A stretch of DNA of 64,000 bases from Felis catus (Eukaryota), in contig NC_058376.1 in the NCBI RefSeq assembly GCF_018350175.1, forward strand, positions 14,446,001 through 14,510,000, written 5' to 3'. This document shows, piece by piece, positions 49,456 through 62,739 of this stretch. The stretch's first letter is position 1, and every line of letters starts with the position of its first letter. The translations under genes were made by a program, and so were the position numbers. The notes beneath the pieces were generated by a model. That model had not been told where the DNA came from. It did no database searches and saw nothing but the letters and a program-made list of their open reading frames with translations.

Positions 49456-50471
49456 CTTAAGGGCAGATCTTGGAAAATTATAATCAGCAACAATTTTGTC
49501 TTGTGAGTCTATAATGAGGGGCCTATTATCTAATTTGCATCAACATCTAATTTATTTGTGTTCAATTATTATGACCTATGAGGCAGGCCAAAATAGTTTT
49601 AAAATCTACCATTTCTTGGGATGGACAGCATAGACCATCCAAGCTTTTGCATACTATGAAATAGAAAATTTTAAGCTTCAAGAGTAAAGGAAATTAAGAA
49701 AGACAAGTTTTCATAAAATAATGGCTTTCTAAAGAAAAAAAGAAGGTGCTTTCCTTCTGGGTTATGATTTTTCCAGGGATCTTAATTCCTTCTTACGATT
49801 TCAACTTTTTTACTACCTTGGGCCAGTCAAAATGAATTGGGACATATCCATTATCTTGCGCTAAAACACTACTTAAACTCATTCATGTCTAACACAAAAG
49901 CTTGAAATGCTCTATCAAGAGAAGATAATTGGCCAAGTTTACAGGCACATTAGTCACAGAAAATTAGTGGAAAAACAAGTGATTACAGCTACCACTGTGA
50001 AATCACATAAATCACAGGAGAAAGAAATCTCAAAAAAACAAGAGTATAGAATGCCATCAAATGGCTGTGAAGTTAAATACGTAATGGATTTTAGGAAAGT
50101 TGTCACTTAAAAAAACTATGTATTTCCAGATACATAGGAGTTACGTAGAAGAATAGGTTTAAACCTCTCTACCTCTTGTGTCAAACAAGCATAGGAAATG
50201 CTTCTTATTTATGCCCCAAAACAGATTAGAACTGGAGAATCGTATGCCAACTTTCGTATCTTCTAAAGTATTTCACCGGTTATGGTTTTGGTGTAAAAGC
50301 ACTTGGAACAAATAGCGTTTCCAGGCAATGTTTAACTAAATCGACAAACATTATCTTTTCTTGTCCTCACAATAAACCAGCATAACACGTGCTATCAGTG
50401 CCTTACCCAAGTAGAAAAACGAGGACATTAAATGAACAGAAAGCTAGGTTTATTATTTCAGACCGAATAAG

Positions 50472-50477
50472 TTTATT
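50472..50477 (-). terminator. Poly(A) signal of K6-E
   Basis: AATAAA on the minus strand. Confidence 0.78.
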
Positions 50478-50740
50478 AAGAAAACAGAGAAATAGTTCTT
50501 GCATGAAAATCGAAACGGAGAATCTGTGACTGCATCAAGGCAATGAGGAACCACGCAGTGCTCAGGGTGAATTTCAAATGCTCCCACTTTTCATGGTTGA
50601 ATACAGGAATGATAATTCTGTATTTGACCAAAAGGGCACCAGAAGGCAAGCCTTCAGCAAAGGTCAGACCGCGTGGGGCTCAGATTTGGTGAATGCCACA
50701 TCCAGGCGTAGAGGGTGAGAGTCCCCCCATGGGGTGCTCA

Positions 50741-50998
50741 TTACCAGTAGCCACAGCCAGAGCCACAGCCAGAGCCACATCCATAGCCATAGCCCAGTCT
50801 GCGGAAGCCACAGCCATAGCAAGAGCCATAGCCACAGCCCAGGCCTCCATAGCCACAGCCTCTGTAGCCACAGCCTCCATAACCACAGCCTCCATAGCCG
50901 CAGCCTCCATAGCTGCAGCCTCCATAGCCACAGCCTCCATAGCCACAGCCCCCGTAGCCGCAGCCTCCATAATAGTTTCCATAGTAGCTTCCACACAT
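50741..50998 (-). CDS. KRTAP6: Keratin-associated protein 6 family, 85 aa, 8 units (K6-E)
   Basis: MCGSYYGNYY(GGCGY)n..GCGFRRLGYGYGCGSGCGSGCGYW; TATA 51085-51091. Confidence 0.93.
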   Translation of the reverse strand: MCGSYYGNYYGGCGYGGCGYGGCGYGGCSYGGCGYGGCGYGGCGYRGCGYGGLGCGYGSCYGCGFRRLGYGYGCGSGCGSGCGYW

Positions 50999-51084
50999 GG
51001 TGTTGGCTGTTGAGGTTGTGCTTGGGTAGAGAAGGCGAAGAGAAGTGTCACTTCACTGTGGACAACTCCCCCTCCAGAGGGCCT

Positions 51085-51091
51085 TTTTATA
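51085..51091 (-). promoter_or_regulatory. TATA box of K6-E
   Basis: CATATAAAAAGG on the minus strand. Confidence 0.85.
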
Positions 51092-51256
51092 TGCTCTCGA
51101 TGTGGGTGTCACCCACCATATATATCATGCCACTGGCTAATTTTATGACTAATCTAATTAGTCTGTTGTTCCTCTACCATAAAGTAATTCTTGGAGGTGT
51201 TTGGGAGGCTTGTTGTGTTTGGCTCTCAGTTTGGACTCTCCTTATCCAATTGAGGG

Positions 51257-51264
51257 CTTCAAAG
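51257..51264 (-). promoter_or_regulatory. Candidate LEF1/TCF (HK-1) site CTTTGAAG
   Basis: Exact motif about 200 nt upstream of the predicted TSS, as known for hair keratin/KAP promoters. Confidence 0.5.
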
Positions 51265-51477
51265 AGAGGAGATACACCCTCATACCAACGCAGTGTTGTC
51301 CCACATTAGACTTTCATTTCAGCTTCATATAACCATCCTTTATGTCAAGAAAGAATACATTTATTAGTCTCAATCTTATTTGCTCTTGGCATCGGTTGGT
51401 TGCACTAACATTTTTAACATTTCATAAGAACCAAATTATTTTTGACTCATCGGTTTTTCTTTTTCTAAAGAAATAAG

Positions 51478-51674
51478 GTTTATTTATTCATTTTGAGAAA
51501 GAGAGAGCAGTGCGGTCGGGGAAGGTCGGGGAAGAGAGAGAGAGAGAGGGAGAGAGAGAATCCCAAGCAGGCCCTGTGCTGTCAGCACAGTGCCCAATGC
51601 AGGGCTTGAACCCACGAAATGTGAGATTGTGACCTGAGCCAAAACCAAGTTGGATGCTTAACCGATGGTGCCCC
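51478..51674 (-). mobile_element. CanSINE
   Basis: SINE consensus. Confidence 0.82.
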
Positions 51675-51986
51675 ATCTTCTCTTGATCCAAGTTAATTGT
51701 TTTCTTCAGCGTTTCAGCTCATTTTCTATACTAAAACCATAATGTAACTTTCATCCTCATGATATTGATAATAATCTAGTTAAAATTTTCAAAATACCAA
51801 GTCTGAGCAAAATGTATTACACTTTTCTATGTATACCAATAGGTCTGATTCTCACTTATGTTCAGTCTCTACCTAAGAACTACAAGACAGACGTTATCCC
51901 TTGGAATCCAATTGCTCTGCTTTTTTCCCCTCTAAATCAGGCACACAATTATACAAATTAGGATTCTCATTAATATTAGAATTATA

Positions 51987-52212
51987 GGGGCGCCTGGGTG
52001 GCGCAGTCGGTTAAGCGTCCGACTTCAGCCAGGTCACGATCTCGCGGTCCGTGAGTTCGAGCCCCACGTCAGGCTCTGGGCTGATGGCTCGGAGCCTGGA
52101 GCCTGTTTCCAATTCTGTGTCTCCCTCTCTCTCTGGCCCTCCCCCGTTCATGCTCTGTCTCTCTCTGTCCCAAAAATAAATAAAAAACGTTGAAAAAAAA
52201 ATTTAAAAAAAA
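51987..52212 (+). mobile_element. Young SINEC_Fc
   Basis: TSD AATATTAGAATTAT. Confidence 0.93.
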
Positions 52213-52747
52213 ATATTAGAATTATATTCTAAGTAACTATCCAACAGTTTTAACATCACGTATTTATGTTTATCAGTGTATCACACAGAGGTCCGTTCCT
52301 TTAGCAAAACACCCAATCATTATTCTCTTTGTAACCAATCATATTGTGTTCTCTTGCATAACCTTGGCATTATTATTAGTCTTTATTCAAATTAATGTGA
52401 TAATGCCTCCCACTGGGAGGCACAGGAAAAGTGAGAATAGCTTCACATGACAGACTTTACAAGAATGAATTTGGGGAGGTGTCATTACCCACACATCATG
52501 TGTAATCTGTCAGTATATTTCTGTTATTGTATTGATATTTCTGAGTCAAACTATTATCTTTATGTATCCCCTCATAACCGTAGGTGGGGACAGAGAGAAT
52601 AAGCAGTTGGACACTTTCTGCATTTTAGTTAACTCTTCTCCAGAGATCATAAGAATGAAGACACAAGATTTAAAACTTTTCCAATCCATATGTCTTTTTA
52701 AGTATATCTAATGAGTCAATGCCTCTTAATAAAATAGAACGTTTTCA

Positions 52748-52925
52748 GGGGCACCTGGGTGGCTCAGTCGGTTAAGTGTCCGACTTCGGCTCAGGTCATG
52801 ATCTCAAGGTCCCTGAGTTCCCACATCGTGTTCTTTAGCACAGGACCCGCTTCAAATTCTCTCTTCCCTTCCCTTCACTCATGCATTCTCTCTCTCTCTC
52901 TCTCAAAAATAATTAAACATTAAAA
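52748..52925 (+). mobile_element. CanSINE (internally deleted)
   Basis: TSD AATAGA..GTTTTCA. Confidence 0.85.
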
Positions 52926-54046
52926 GAAATAGACTGTTTTCATACTAAGGATCCTATGAAACACATTCAGCCTGTAATTTAATGTGTGTGTTTGAATGTT
53001 CTTTCCATGCATGTCTTTTGGTAGCTTCATTTTTATGAAATAGACATATTATTGGGTCATTTTATTCACCATGTACTGGGTTGAGATATTACAAGGAGAG
53101 GACATTTTCACTATATCATTTTCAAATTTTTCATAAGGAAAATAAAAGTAACTTCAACTGTCACAGTGCAGTCAATCAAGTAATAACTTAGAATAAGTTT
53201 TCAAATAAAAACTAATTTAAATAACGTGATGATCAGTCTTCCTCGAGGCTAAGTTCTTAGAACATCACCTGAAATTTGTATTGCTAAATGGTAACAGTCA
53301 ATTAAAAAAAAACCCTATAATTAACTTTTAAAAAAATTTTGGTATTTGATTAACATAGCTGCAAAAGACATTACTGTTCTGTGCAATACGATGTCTCTAA
53401 TAACAACATTCACTAGGTTATTTCTCTATAGAATTTACTTCCTGGAGCTAATTTGTTTCTTCTGGAGAACTGAGTTCTTTCTCTGATGATAGCAGTAAGA
53501 GCTTGCCAGCCCAGTGAGATTCCACTGACAATTTGTTTTCTGCTGTGATTTTCTGAACTATGTTTGGATCTTAAGTACATCCCATAATCAAAAACAGAGT
53601 AAAAGAACGCTCCTTGCGTCCTCCTTTGCAGCTAATATCCCATTTTCTTCTGTTTCATTGCAAACCTTCACACGTGTTTCCATCGTAGCTTTCTGTTCTC
53701 TCTTTACATCTTTGATCACACCTTTTGGTCTTTGGTCCTTACCACGCCCCACTAAAACCGCCCCTGAACGTCTCACCAACACCCCAATCTTGTCACATCT
53801 AGAGATTCAGCCTTCTTCATTTTACTAAGTCTCTGAGAAGTGTTCAGATTCACCCGTTTCTCTTTTCCTTCCTGAAAGGCTCCCTGACACTTACCTACAT
53901 CCTACCACACACATTTGATTTAATTTCAGTATCTCCAGTTGCTCCCTCTTAGTATTTTATTTCTTTTCTCTTTTTCAGATTTTGTTTTCAAATATGAAGG
54001 TGCCCAGCTAGGCATTTGGCCCTCTTATAGTTTCTATAGAAATTCT

Positions 54047-54270
54047 CTTTAAAAAAAAAAAATTAACGTTTATTTAGTTTTGAGTTGAGAGAGAGAGACA
54101 AAGCATGAGCTGGGGAGGGGCAGAGAGAGAGGGAGGCACAGAATCTGAAGCAGGCTCCAGGCTCTGAGCTGTCAGCCCAGAGCCCCACATAGGGCTCGAA
54201 CTCACAGACCACGAGATTGTGACCTGAGTCGAAGACGGACGCTCAACCACCTGAGCCACCCAGGTGCCCC
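54047..54270 (-). mobile_element. CanSINE
   Basis: TSD AGAAATT.TCTTT. Confidence 0.88.
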
Positions 54271-54985
54271 AGAAATTTTCTTTTTTTAAATTAAGTTTTT
54301 TTTAATTCTGGTGTAGATAACATACAGTGTTATTTTGGTTTTAGGTGTACAATATAGTATTTAAGCTCTCTTCAAGGATTACTTTACATACATTATTTTA
54401 GCCCATTGATCTCACTTCACATTTCCAATTCTGACACATATCCAAATGATAACTTGACATCCCTCAAAAATTTAATAAAATGAAACTAAGTTCTTGATTC
54501 TTCATACCCTCCCCCCAAATCTTTTTCTGCCACATCTTCTCCACAAGTTTTCCATCCTTCTCTACCTCTGTGAAACCATTCTTTTGTTTCCAAAGGTGCA
54601 TATTTGCAGATGGGAAGGAGGATCTTATTAAAGAAAAAAAATTTTGAAGAAGTGAAATCTGTATGGGTTATGTGATCTCGTGGTAGTTAGTAATATACTT
54701 TAGACCTCACATCTGGAACAAACAAGTCACCACAATAGGTGAAAAAACTTTCATTAAAACGCATGATTTCATTACAGGCATCCTGACACATGGCAAAATT
54801 GTGTTATAGATATATTGGTTACGTGGAATTCTTGAGATGATTATAATGCCACTTAGTTTGAAACATGAATCCAATAGCTTGTGGTTTGTCCCATATATCA
54901 CTCAATTGGCATATAAGGCCCCTGTAGATTATAAACTTAACACCCTAGAAAACGATTCTCTTCATCTGAGCCTTCTCCTCACACT

Positions 54986-55132
54986 ATGAACTTCTATAAC
55001 AATTACTATGGTGGCCTGGGCTATGGCTATAGTGGCCTGAGATGTGGCTACGGATGTGGCTATCGTGGCTATGGATATGCCTGTTATTGTCCATGCTGCT
55101 ATGGTGGATATTGGTATTCTGGATTCTTCTGA
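54986..55132 (+). CDS. KRTAP22-1: KRTAP22-1-like HGT-KAP, 48 aa (K22-C)
   Basis: Manual translation [48 protein letters not shown]; MxFxNNY start and YACYCP motif recall human KAP22-1; TATA-like CATATAAGG 54910-54918; ATTAAA 55405-55410; absent from ORF track. Confidence 0.85.
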   Translation: MNFYNNYYGGLGYGYSGLRCGYGCGYRGYGYACYCPCCYGGYWYSGFF

Positions 55133-55404
55133 TAAATTCTAGATTGCTAATCTATTTAGGAAATTTTCCCATGAGGTACTGTATGTACCTCCTTTATTAC
55201 GTATAATAGACATGTTACTTACTGTCTGTTCAAATAGAGACAATCGAATCTTAGACTACCATGTAACATCAGAACTTTTTTGATTGAAATCACTGGAGTT
55301 TTCAACAATTTATAAATGTATTCATTTGATCTTATATTATTTTATGATCGAACACAAATAATCTTCACCATTTCCATTTGGGAAAATGTCTAAATTCATT
55401 TTTC

Positions 55405-55410
55405 ATTAAA
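55405..55410 (+). terminator. Poly(A) signal of K22-C
   Basis: ATTAAA at the position homologous to the K22-B signal. Confidence 0.65.
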
Positions 55411-55465
55411 AGCAATCTGTTTTGCATACCTACAACATTTTTGTGTATATTTATTTACCTAGGTT

Positions 55466-55467
<2 letters not shown>

Positions 55468-55502
<35 letters not shown>
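55468..55502. repeat. (TG)n microsatellite
   Basis: Direct reading. Confidence 0.95.
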
Positions 55503-55503
<1 letters not shown>

Positions 55504-55574
55504 TTGTTGACCCTTTGGATATCTTTAGTTTGTAAGTTAGAGGTGTGGTTGAATAACTACATTCAACCACTGCT

Positions 55575-57140
55575 CTTATTTTTATTTTTATTTTTTAAAA
55601 TTCTGATACAGTTAACATACACTATTATATTAGTTTCAGTTGAACAATATAGTGAGTTAACAATTCCTTACCACCTACTTTTCATCAGGAAAAGTATACT
55701 CCTCAATCCTCACCACCTATTTCAAGCATCCCCCAACCTCCCCTCTGGTAACCATCAGTTTGTTTTTCACAGTTAAGAGTCTTTCTTGGCTTCTCTCTCT
55801 CTTTTCCCTTTGCTCATTTGTTTTGTTTCTTAAATTCCACATATGAACGATATCTTATAGTATTTGTCTTTCTCTTAGACTTATTTTAATTAGCACTATA
55901 CTCTCTAGGTCCATCCATGTCGTTGCAAATGGCAAGATTTCATTCTTTTTTATGGCTTAATAATATTCCCTGGTATATACATGCCACATCTTCTTCATCC
56001 ATTCTTCTATTGATCAACATTTGGGATGCTTCCATAATTTGGCTATTGTAAACAATGCTGCAATAAAAATAAGGGTTAATTATCTTTTTGAATGCATGTT
56101 TTCATATTCTTTGGGTGAATTCCTAGTAGCAGAATTACTGGATCATATGGTAGTTCTATTTGTAATTTTTTGAGGAACCTCCATAATGTTTTCCGCAGTG
56201 GCTGCGCCATTTTGCATTCCCAACAAGAGTGCNNNNNNNNNNNNNNNNNNNNNNNNNNNNNNNNNNNNNNNNNNNNNNNNNNNNNNNNNNNNNNNNNNNN
56301 NNNNNNNNNNNNNNNNNNNNNNNNNNNNNNNNNNNNNNNNNNNNNNNNNNNNNNNNNNNNNNNNNNNNNNNNNNCTTTCATGTGTCTGTTGTCCATTTGA
56401 ATGTCTTCTTGGGATAAATGTCTGTTCATGTCTTCTGCCCATTTTTAAATTGGATTGTTAGTTTGTTGTTGAGTTGTGTCAGTTCTTTATATATTTTGGA
56501 TACTAACCCTTTATTGGATATGTCATTTGCAAATATCTTCTCTCATTCAGTAGGCTGTCTTTTAGTTTTTGTTTTGATTGCTTCCTTTGCTGTGCAGAAG
56601 CTTTTCATTTTGATATTGTCCTAAGGTTTATTTTCACTTTTGTTTCCCTTGCCTCAGGAGACACATCTAGAAAAATCTTGGTACAGCTAATGTCAGAGAG
56701 ATTACTGCTTCTGCTATCTTCTAGGATTTTTGATTTCAGATATTCACATTTAGATCCTTAATTCATTTTGAGTTTATTTTTGTGTATGGTATAAGAAAGT
56801 GGTCCAGTTTCATTATTTTGTATGTAGCTGATCAGTTTTCTCAACACCATGTGTTGAAGAGACTGTCTTTTTACAAATGTATATTCTTTCCTCTTTTGTC
56901 AAATATTAACTGACCATATAATCATGAGTTTATTTCTGGGACTTCTATTCTGGTATATTGATTTATGTGTCTATTTTTGTGCCAGTATCATACTGTTTTA
57001 ATCATTACAGGTTGGTAATATAACTTGAAATCTGGAAATGTGATACCTCCAGTTTTGTTTTTCTTTTTCAAGATTGCTTTGGCTATTCAGGGTCTTTTGT
57101 GGTTCCATACTAATTTTAGGATTATTTGTTCTAGTTCTAT
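55575..57140 (-). mobile_element. 5'-truncated carnivore L1 (3' ~1.6 kb)
   Basis: Antisense L1 3'UTR and ORF2 C-terminus (LWRFLKKLQIELPYDP). Confidence 0.9.
56233..56374. other. Assembly gap (N run) within L1
   Basis: Run of n. Confidence 0.99.
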
Positions 57141-58980
57141 GACAAATACTGAGGAAGATATAGAATCAGTGAAACTTTCAAGGGGTCAATCTCTGCTTGC
57201 CTCTTGGAAAGAGACCTATTTCATGACAAGGCAGTGGCTTGTGTGGATTACATATTATGTAAACATAAGTCTGATCCAAGATACAGGATGCAAAGTGTAT
57301 CCTTGATCCTGGTAGTCTGTTCAGTAAACGTGTTTATGGTAACTTCTTTTAATTCACTAGATTTATTATTATTATTAATAACAATGTCAATGATAATAAA
57401 ATATGAATCAACAGTATCTATTAATATTTCAAGAAGTAACACTGGAATTTTGTAAAATGAAGACTGACCATGGGTCCACACAAAATTACTTTCTGAATAG
57501 AGATGAAAATATGAGGCTGACCAAAATCTTATCCTGCTCCCAAATGCATGTTTTCTAAAAACATCTAAAGAAGAGAATTAGGTAGATATGTCTTCCTCCA
57601 TCAGCTGAAGATAGCACGTGGGACTATGTATGATTTCAATTATCTTAAATTCATTGGCTCTTGTTTATGACCTAGCATGTGATCTATCTTGGAGAACATT
57701 CTATACGTGTACTTGAAAGAAATTTGTGTTTTCTTGAAGTTGGGTAAATGCTCTCTAGAAGGGTGTTAGGTCTAGTTGGCTTATAGTGTTTTTTTCTTTT
57801 TCAAGTTTATACACATTATAATCTTTTATGTAGTTGCTATATCCTTTATGCAAAGTGAGATATGGACATCTTCAGTTATTATTATTACAGTCTCCCTTTT
57901 CCTTTCAATTCTGTCAATTTTTTATTTACTTCAACGCTCCATTTTTAGCACCAGGTGGATTTAACACTAGTACATATGCTGTATCTTCCTGATAGATTAC
58001 TCTACTTATCTTTGCAAAATGTCTCTCTTTATCGCTATTAAATTTTTTGACTTTAAAGTATATTTAATCTGATATTGTTATAACCATTCCAGCTTTCTTA
58101 CTAGTTGTTATTTGCATAATATGTACGTATGTTCCTATTTTACTTTCAAGTCATTCGTTTCAAGAGGATTTGATTGTTAAAACATTTTATGATGGTTACT
58201 TTAAAATTTGTTCATATAATTGGAAAACCTGATAGTGTTAGGGTCAGTTAATTATCTTTTCTCATCTGAGTTATAATTTTCTTGTTTCTTGGTATGATGG
58301 CATGGTGGTAATTTTGTGTATTAAAAGCATCCTGATCCTATTAAAAATGTTTTTTCAAAAGCAGGTAGTCACCCTGTTTAGGTTAAGCACATGGGTCTTG
58401 TGGGCTATGATTCATTATTTTCAGAGTTGCTGCAGTGTTATTTTGGTCTGTTTGGTTTATCTTGCACTGCCGGTTGTCCCACTGGCCCCTGCCATTGCTA
58501 CCTGAAAGTGTGGAAGGAGTTTTGCCAGCTTATCTGCTGTGTGTCTCTTGGTGGAGCAGTGACATGGTGGGAATCCCCACTTACCTCCCTCACTGCCTAG
58601 AGGTCTTTTGAAAGGAGCATGAGAGCCTCAGGCATATGAGGACAGAATCTTCCTGGATCAGGAAATAACTCCCATTAAATAATATATAGATGAAAAGAAA
58701 CTCACATAAGAAGTTCAAAGATATTTTGAGTTGATTAATAAAGAAGTACAACATACCAAATGTGTGGCTTACCATCGAAAAAGTTATTAGAAGAAAATTT
58801 ATAGCTTTATATATTTATGTCAGAAAAAAGAACATTTTAAAACTCAATGCTCTAAGATTCTTTAAAAAGCTAGAAATGGAGGAAAGATTAAATATAAAGT
58901 CAGAAGAATGAAGGAAAAATAAAGACAGGAGAGGAATCAATTTAACAGAAAATGAACAAACTATAAAGAAAATTAATAAT

Positions 58981-59551
58981 ATGGTATTTACCTTTCTCTG
59001 AGTTATTTCACTTAGCATAATACTCTCCAGCTCCATCCATCTCATTGCAAATGGCAAGGTTTCATTCTTTTTATGGCTGAGTAATATTGCATCTTACATA
59101 TCTATACCACATCGTCTTTATCCATTCATCAGTTGATGGACATTTGAGCTGTTTTGATAATTTGGCTATTGTAGATAATGCTGTGATAAACACTGGAGTG
59201 CACGTATCCCTCTGAATTAATATTTTTGCATTCTTTGGTCAACTGTCTAGTAGTGCAGCTGCTGGATCGTAACACAGTTCCATATGATTTCACTCATATG
59301 TGGAATTTAAGAAAACAAGCAAAGGGAAAAAGAGAGAGAGATGCAAACCAAGAAACAGACTCTTAATTATAGAGAACAAACTGATGGTTACCAGAGGGGA
59401 GGTGAGTGGGGGGATGGGTTAAATAGGTGATGGGGATTAAGGAGTGTACTGTGATGAGTACCAGGTGATGTACAGAAGTGTTGAATCACTGTATTGTACA
59501 CCTGAAACTAATGTATGTTAACTGTATGTCAACTAACTGGAAAGAAAAAAC
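58981..59551 (+). mobile_element. 5'-inverted (twin-primed) short L1
   Basis: Antisense piece to ~59280, then sense 3' end; TSD AAGAAAAT(T/C)AATAAT at 58966-58980 and 59552-59566. Confidence 0.85.
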
Positions 59552-59641
59552 AAGAAAATCAATAATACCCAAAGTTGGCACTTTGAATAAATCAGCCAAA
59601 TTGATAAATTATAGACAGATTGATCAAGAATATAAGATAGA

Positions 59642-59855
59642 GGGACACCTGGGTGGCTGAGTCGGTTAAGCATCTGACTCTTGGGTTTTTGCTCAGGTAA
59701 TGATCTCACAGTTCAAGGGATCGAGCCCCACATTGGGCTATGTGCGCACAGCATGGAGCCTACTTGGGATTCTCCTTCTCTCCCTTTCTCTCTGCCCCTC
59801 CCTTGCTCTCTCTCTCTCTCTCTCTCTCAAAATAAATAAATAAACTTTAAAAAAT
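59642..59855 (+). mobile_element. CanSINE
   Basis: SINE consensus. Confidence 0.85.
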
Positions 59856-60071
59856 AACTTTTGAAAAAAAATCTGTAGGCCCAGATGTCTTCACTGGAAA
59901 ATTCTTTTAAATATTTATACCACATTCTTACGTGTAACTTAAGAAAATCACAGAAGCCTTGGTACTTGAACCCCAATATTTTTCTCCCAAAGTGATACCA
60001 AACAAGAGCTATTATGCTTGTGAGTATTTTACTTTTGTGCCCAAAACACAGAACACAGAAACTGTTCTGTT

Positions 60072-60280
60072 CTTAAAATGATTATTTATTTATTTTTGAG
60101 AAAGAGAGAGAGTGTGAGTGGGGGAGGAGCAGGGAGAGAAAGAGAGAGAGAATCCCAGGCAGTTTCTGCACTGTCAGCGCAGAGCCCAATGTCGGGCTCA
60201 CACTCATGAATAGTGAGATCATGACCTGAGTTGAAATCAAGAGTCGGATGCTAAACTGATTGAGCTACCCAGGTGCTCTG
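60072..60280 (-). mobile_element. CanSINE
   Basis: TSD GAAC(A/C)CAGAAACT.TTCT. Confidence 0.85.
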
Positions 60281-60521
60281 GAACCCAGAAACTATTTCTA
60301 TGAAGAATACATGTCTATGACTCTATCCCTTCTCTATTTTTCAAGGAGATGTAGATAGAAACACACTAATAATGAAGTCTTTAACATACCATTCTCACAA
60401 AAAGTTAATAAAAGGTAGCACTTAAGGATATCTATCTATCTCTACATTGATAGCAGAAAATAAACCTTCCCAAGCTTCCACATAAAATACACAAAAATTA
60501 ATCATATATGAAGCCACAAAG

Positions 60522-60742
60522 GGGGCGCCTGGGTGGCTCAGTCAGTTAAGCATCTGATTTTGGCTCAGGTCATGATTTCACAGTTCATGGGTTCCAGCCC
60601 CATGTCAGGCTCTGTGCTGACAGCTCAGAGTCTGGAGCCTGCTTTGGATTCTGTGTCTCCCACTCTCTCTGTCCCTCCCCTGCTTGGTCTCTGTCTCTGT
60701 CTCTGTCTCTCTCAAAAATAAATAAACACTGAAAAAAAAAAT
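60522..60742 (+). mobile_element. CanSINE
   Basis: SINE consensus. Confidence 0.88.
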
Positions 60743-61697
60743 TTAAGTCCAAAGAAAAAATTAGTAAATTTTTAAAGTAAAAATACTGCAAAAACACTCC
60801 TTGATTTTTATGCAGTATAGCTAAAAATTGTTAACAAAAACAAAGAATAGAAAATCCCCTTCACCTGGAAAGTAATTCTTTGGTTAAACGATTCTCAAGT
60901 GAAAATAAAATATAATATGAATATTATATCATATTAATATACATAAGAGTATATATTAATATGATATAAATGCTATAGCATTTTAAAATAACAGTAATAA
61001 AAAGAGTAGTTAACAGAATTAAAGACATTTCAAGCAGTAATTAGAGAAAAAAATCGTAGCACATAACGCTAAACACTTTCTGTCAGTGAAAATGAAAGAA
61101 ATAACATGAATGAGTTAACAACTCAGTTAAGAGAAGCTTCATAACTAACAACTAAGTAAACCAAATAAAGTGCAAGGAAACATTTTAAATAAATGATAAC
61201 AAATAAATAAACAGAACTTAGTAGAGAAAAGACAAAAAAAAAGAAATTTAAAAAATGACTCAGAATGCTATTATTTGAAACAACTAACATTTATAAATCA
61301 CATGCAAACTTGGTCAAGGAAAAAAAGGGAAAAGGCATGTACAAAATAAATAACAAGAAAGAAAGGAATACAGAAATAAGTTTTAAAATTATACAAATCT
61401 ACTTTGCTCATTTTTATGGGTATAAATTTGAAAACCCAGATTCCTAGGGGAATACGGATTATCAAAATTGATACTGTTACACTGAGGAATTACAAAGAGA
61501 TTAATTTTCTTAGAACAAACAGAAAATTATTAAGGAAGTAACCCACAAAATATTCCAGATTCAGATATTTTCTCAGAGAAATTCTACCAAATCTTTAGGG
61601 ACAAGGTATTCTGAATGTGTTATAGATGGTTCCAGAGCATTGCAGGCGAAGGGAAGCTTCCTACTCCCTATTGGGAAGGACACACAGCATTGATATC

Positions 61698-62180
61698 AGT
61701 GGTGGACAGACAATTAAGGTGCCTCTGTGATTTCTGCCTCTTGGTGTCCGTGCCTTGTATCATCCCCTTCTCTTGAGTTTGAGCAAATCTTGTGACTTAC
61801 CTATAATAAATAAAATGTGGCAAAGATAGTAAGACATATGTAATTGTGTGTATGTGATTATGTTGCAAAGAATTGTGTCATATTGTGGCGCCCTTCTTGT
61901 TGGAGTCTCTCTGCCTTCCTTCCTGGCTTTGAGAAGGCAAGCAACAGTATATGGGAATCCACATGACAGGGACTTATAGGCAGCCTAGCTGAGCTAAGGG
62001 TAGCCTCCAGGAGACAGCCTGCAAAGGCCTGTAGCCAACAATGTTGAGCTTCAGTTACACATAAGGGACTGAATTCTTCCGAGCATGTGAGCTTGGAGGC
62101 AGATCCTTTTTCAGTTGAGACTCAGATGAGACCAAGCACCTGGCAAACATCTTGGTTACTGCATTGTGAGACCCTGAAAC
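61698..62180 (+). mobile_element. Old MaLR LTR (MLT1-like)
   Basis: GTGGTGGACAGAC..CTGCCTCTTGGTGTCC.. MLT1 motifs. Confidence 0.6.
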
Positions 62181-62733
62181 TTTGCCTATACCTTCAGTGC
62201 TGTTTTTATCCAATTATTATGGCCCACCATGCATGCCACATAGTTTGACAATCTACTCCTACCTTAGGAAGGAATAGATTATAAAAATTTTCCTTAGGTT
62301 GTTTCTTTTATTAAAATATTTTTTTAAAAAAGAAGTAGAGAAGAATATAACCACATCCATTTATTTTAAGAGATACATGAATATAACATTGGGGAAATTA
62401 TTATTTTTCTTAATTATTTATGATGCACCGCACAAAACTTAACTTATAATTTATAAAATAATATCTCATTTGGTGTTAAGAGATACGCAGTGTGAAAAGA
62501 TTATTCCCTCAGTAGCAGGGGAGGAAACTGAAGCTTCCAAAAAATAAGTTACTTTCCTAAGATAATTGACAATGGAATTGGTCAAGAAGCTGACCTAGGA
62601 ATATCAGGAAACTATCTCCCTAAGGAGATAATTGTTACCTTTCTTGTAAACTGAAACCAAAATATGTTAGGAAGACACCTGGGACAGCAAATGAATGACA
62701 TAAAAACCAGGGCTGCTGTTCAGACTGGACAAT

Positions 62734-62739
62734 TTTATT
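62734..62739 (-). terminator. Poly(A) signal of K6-F
   Basis: AATAAA on the minus strand. Confidence 0.8.
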
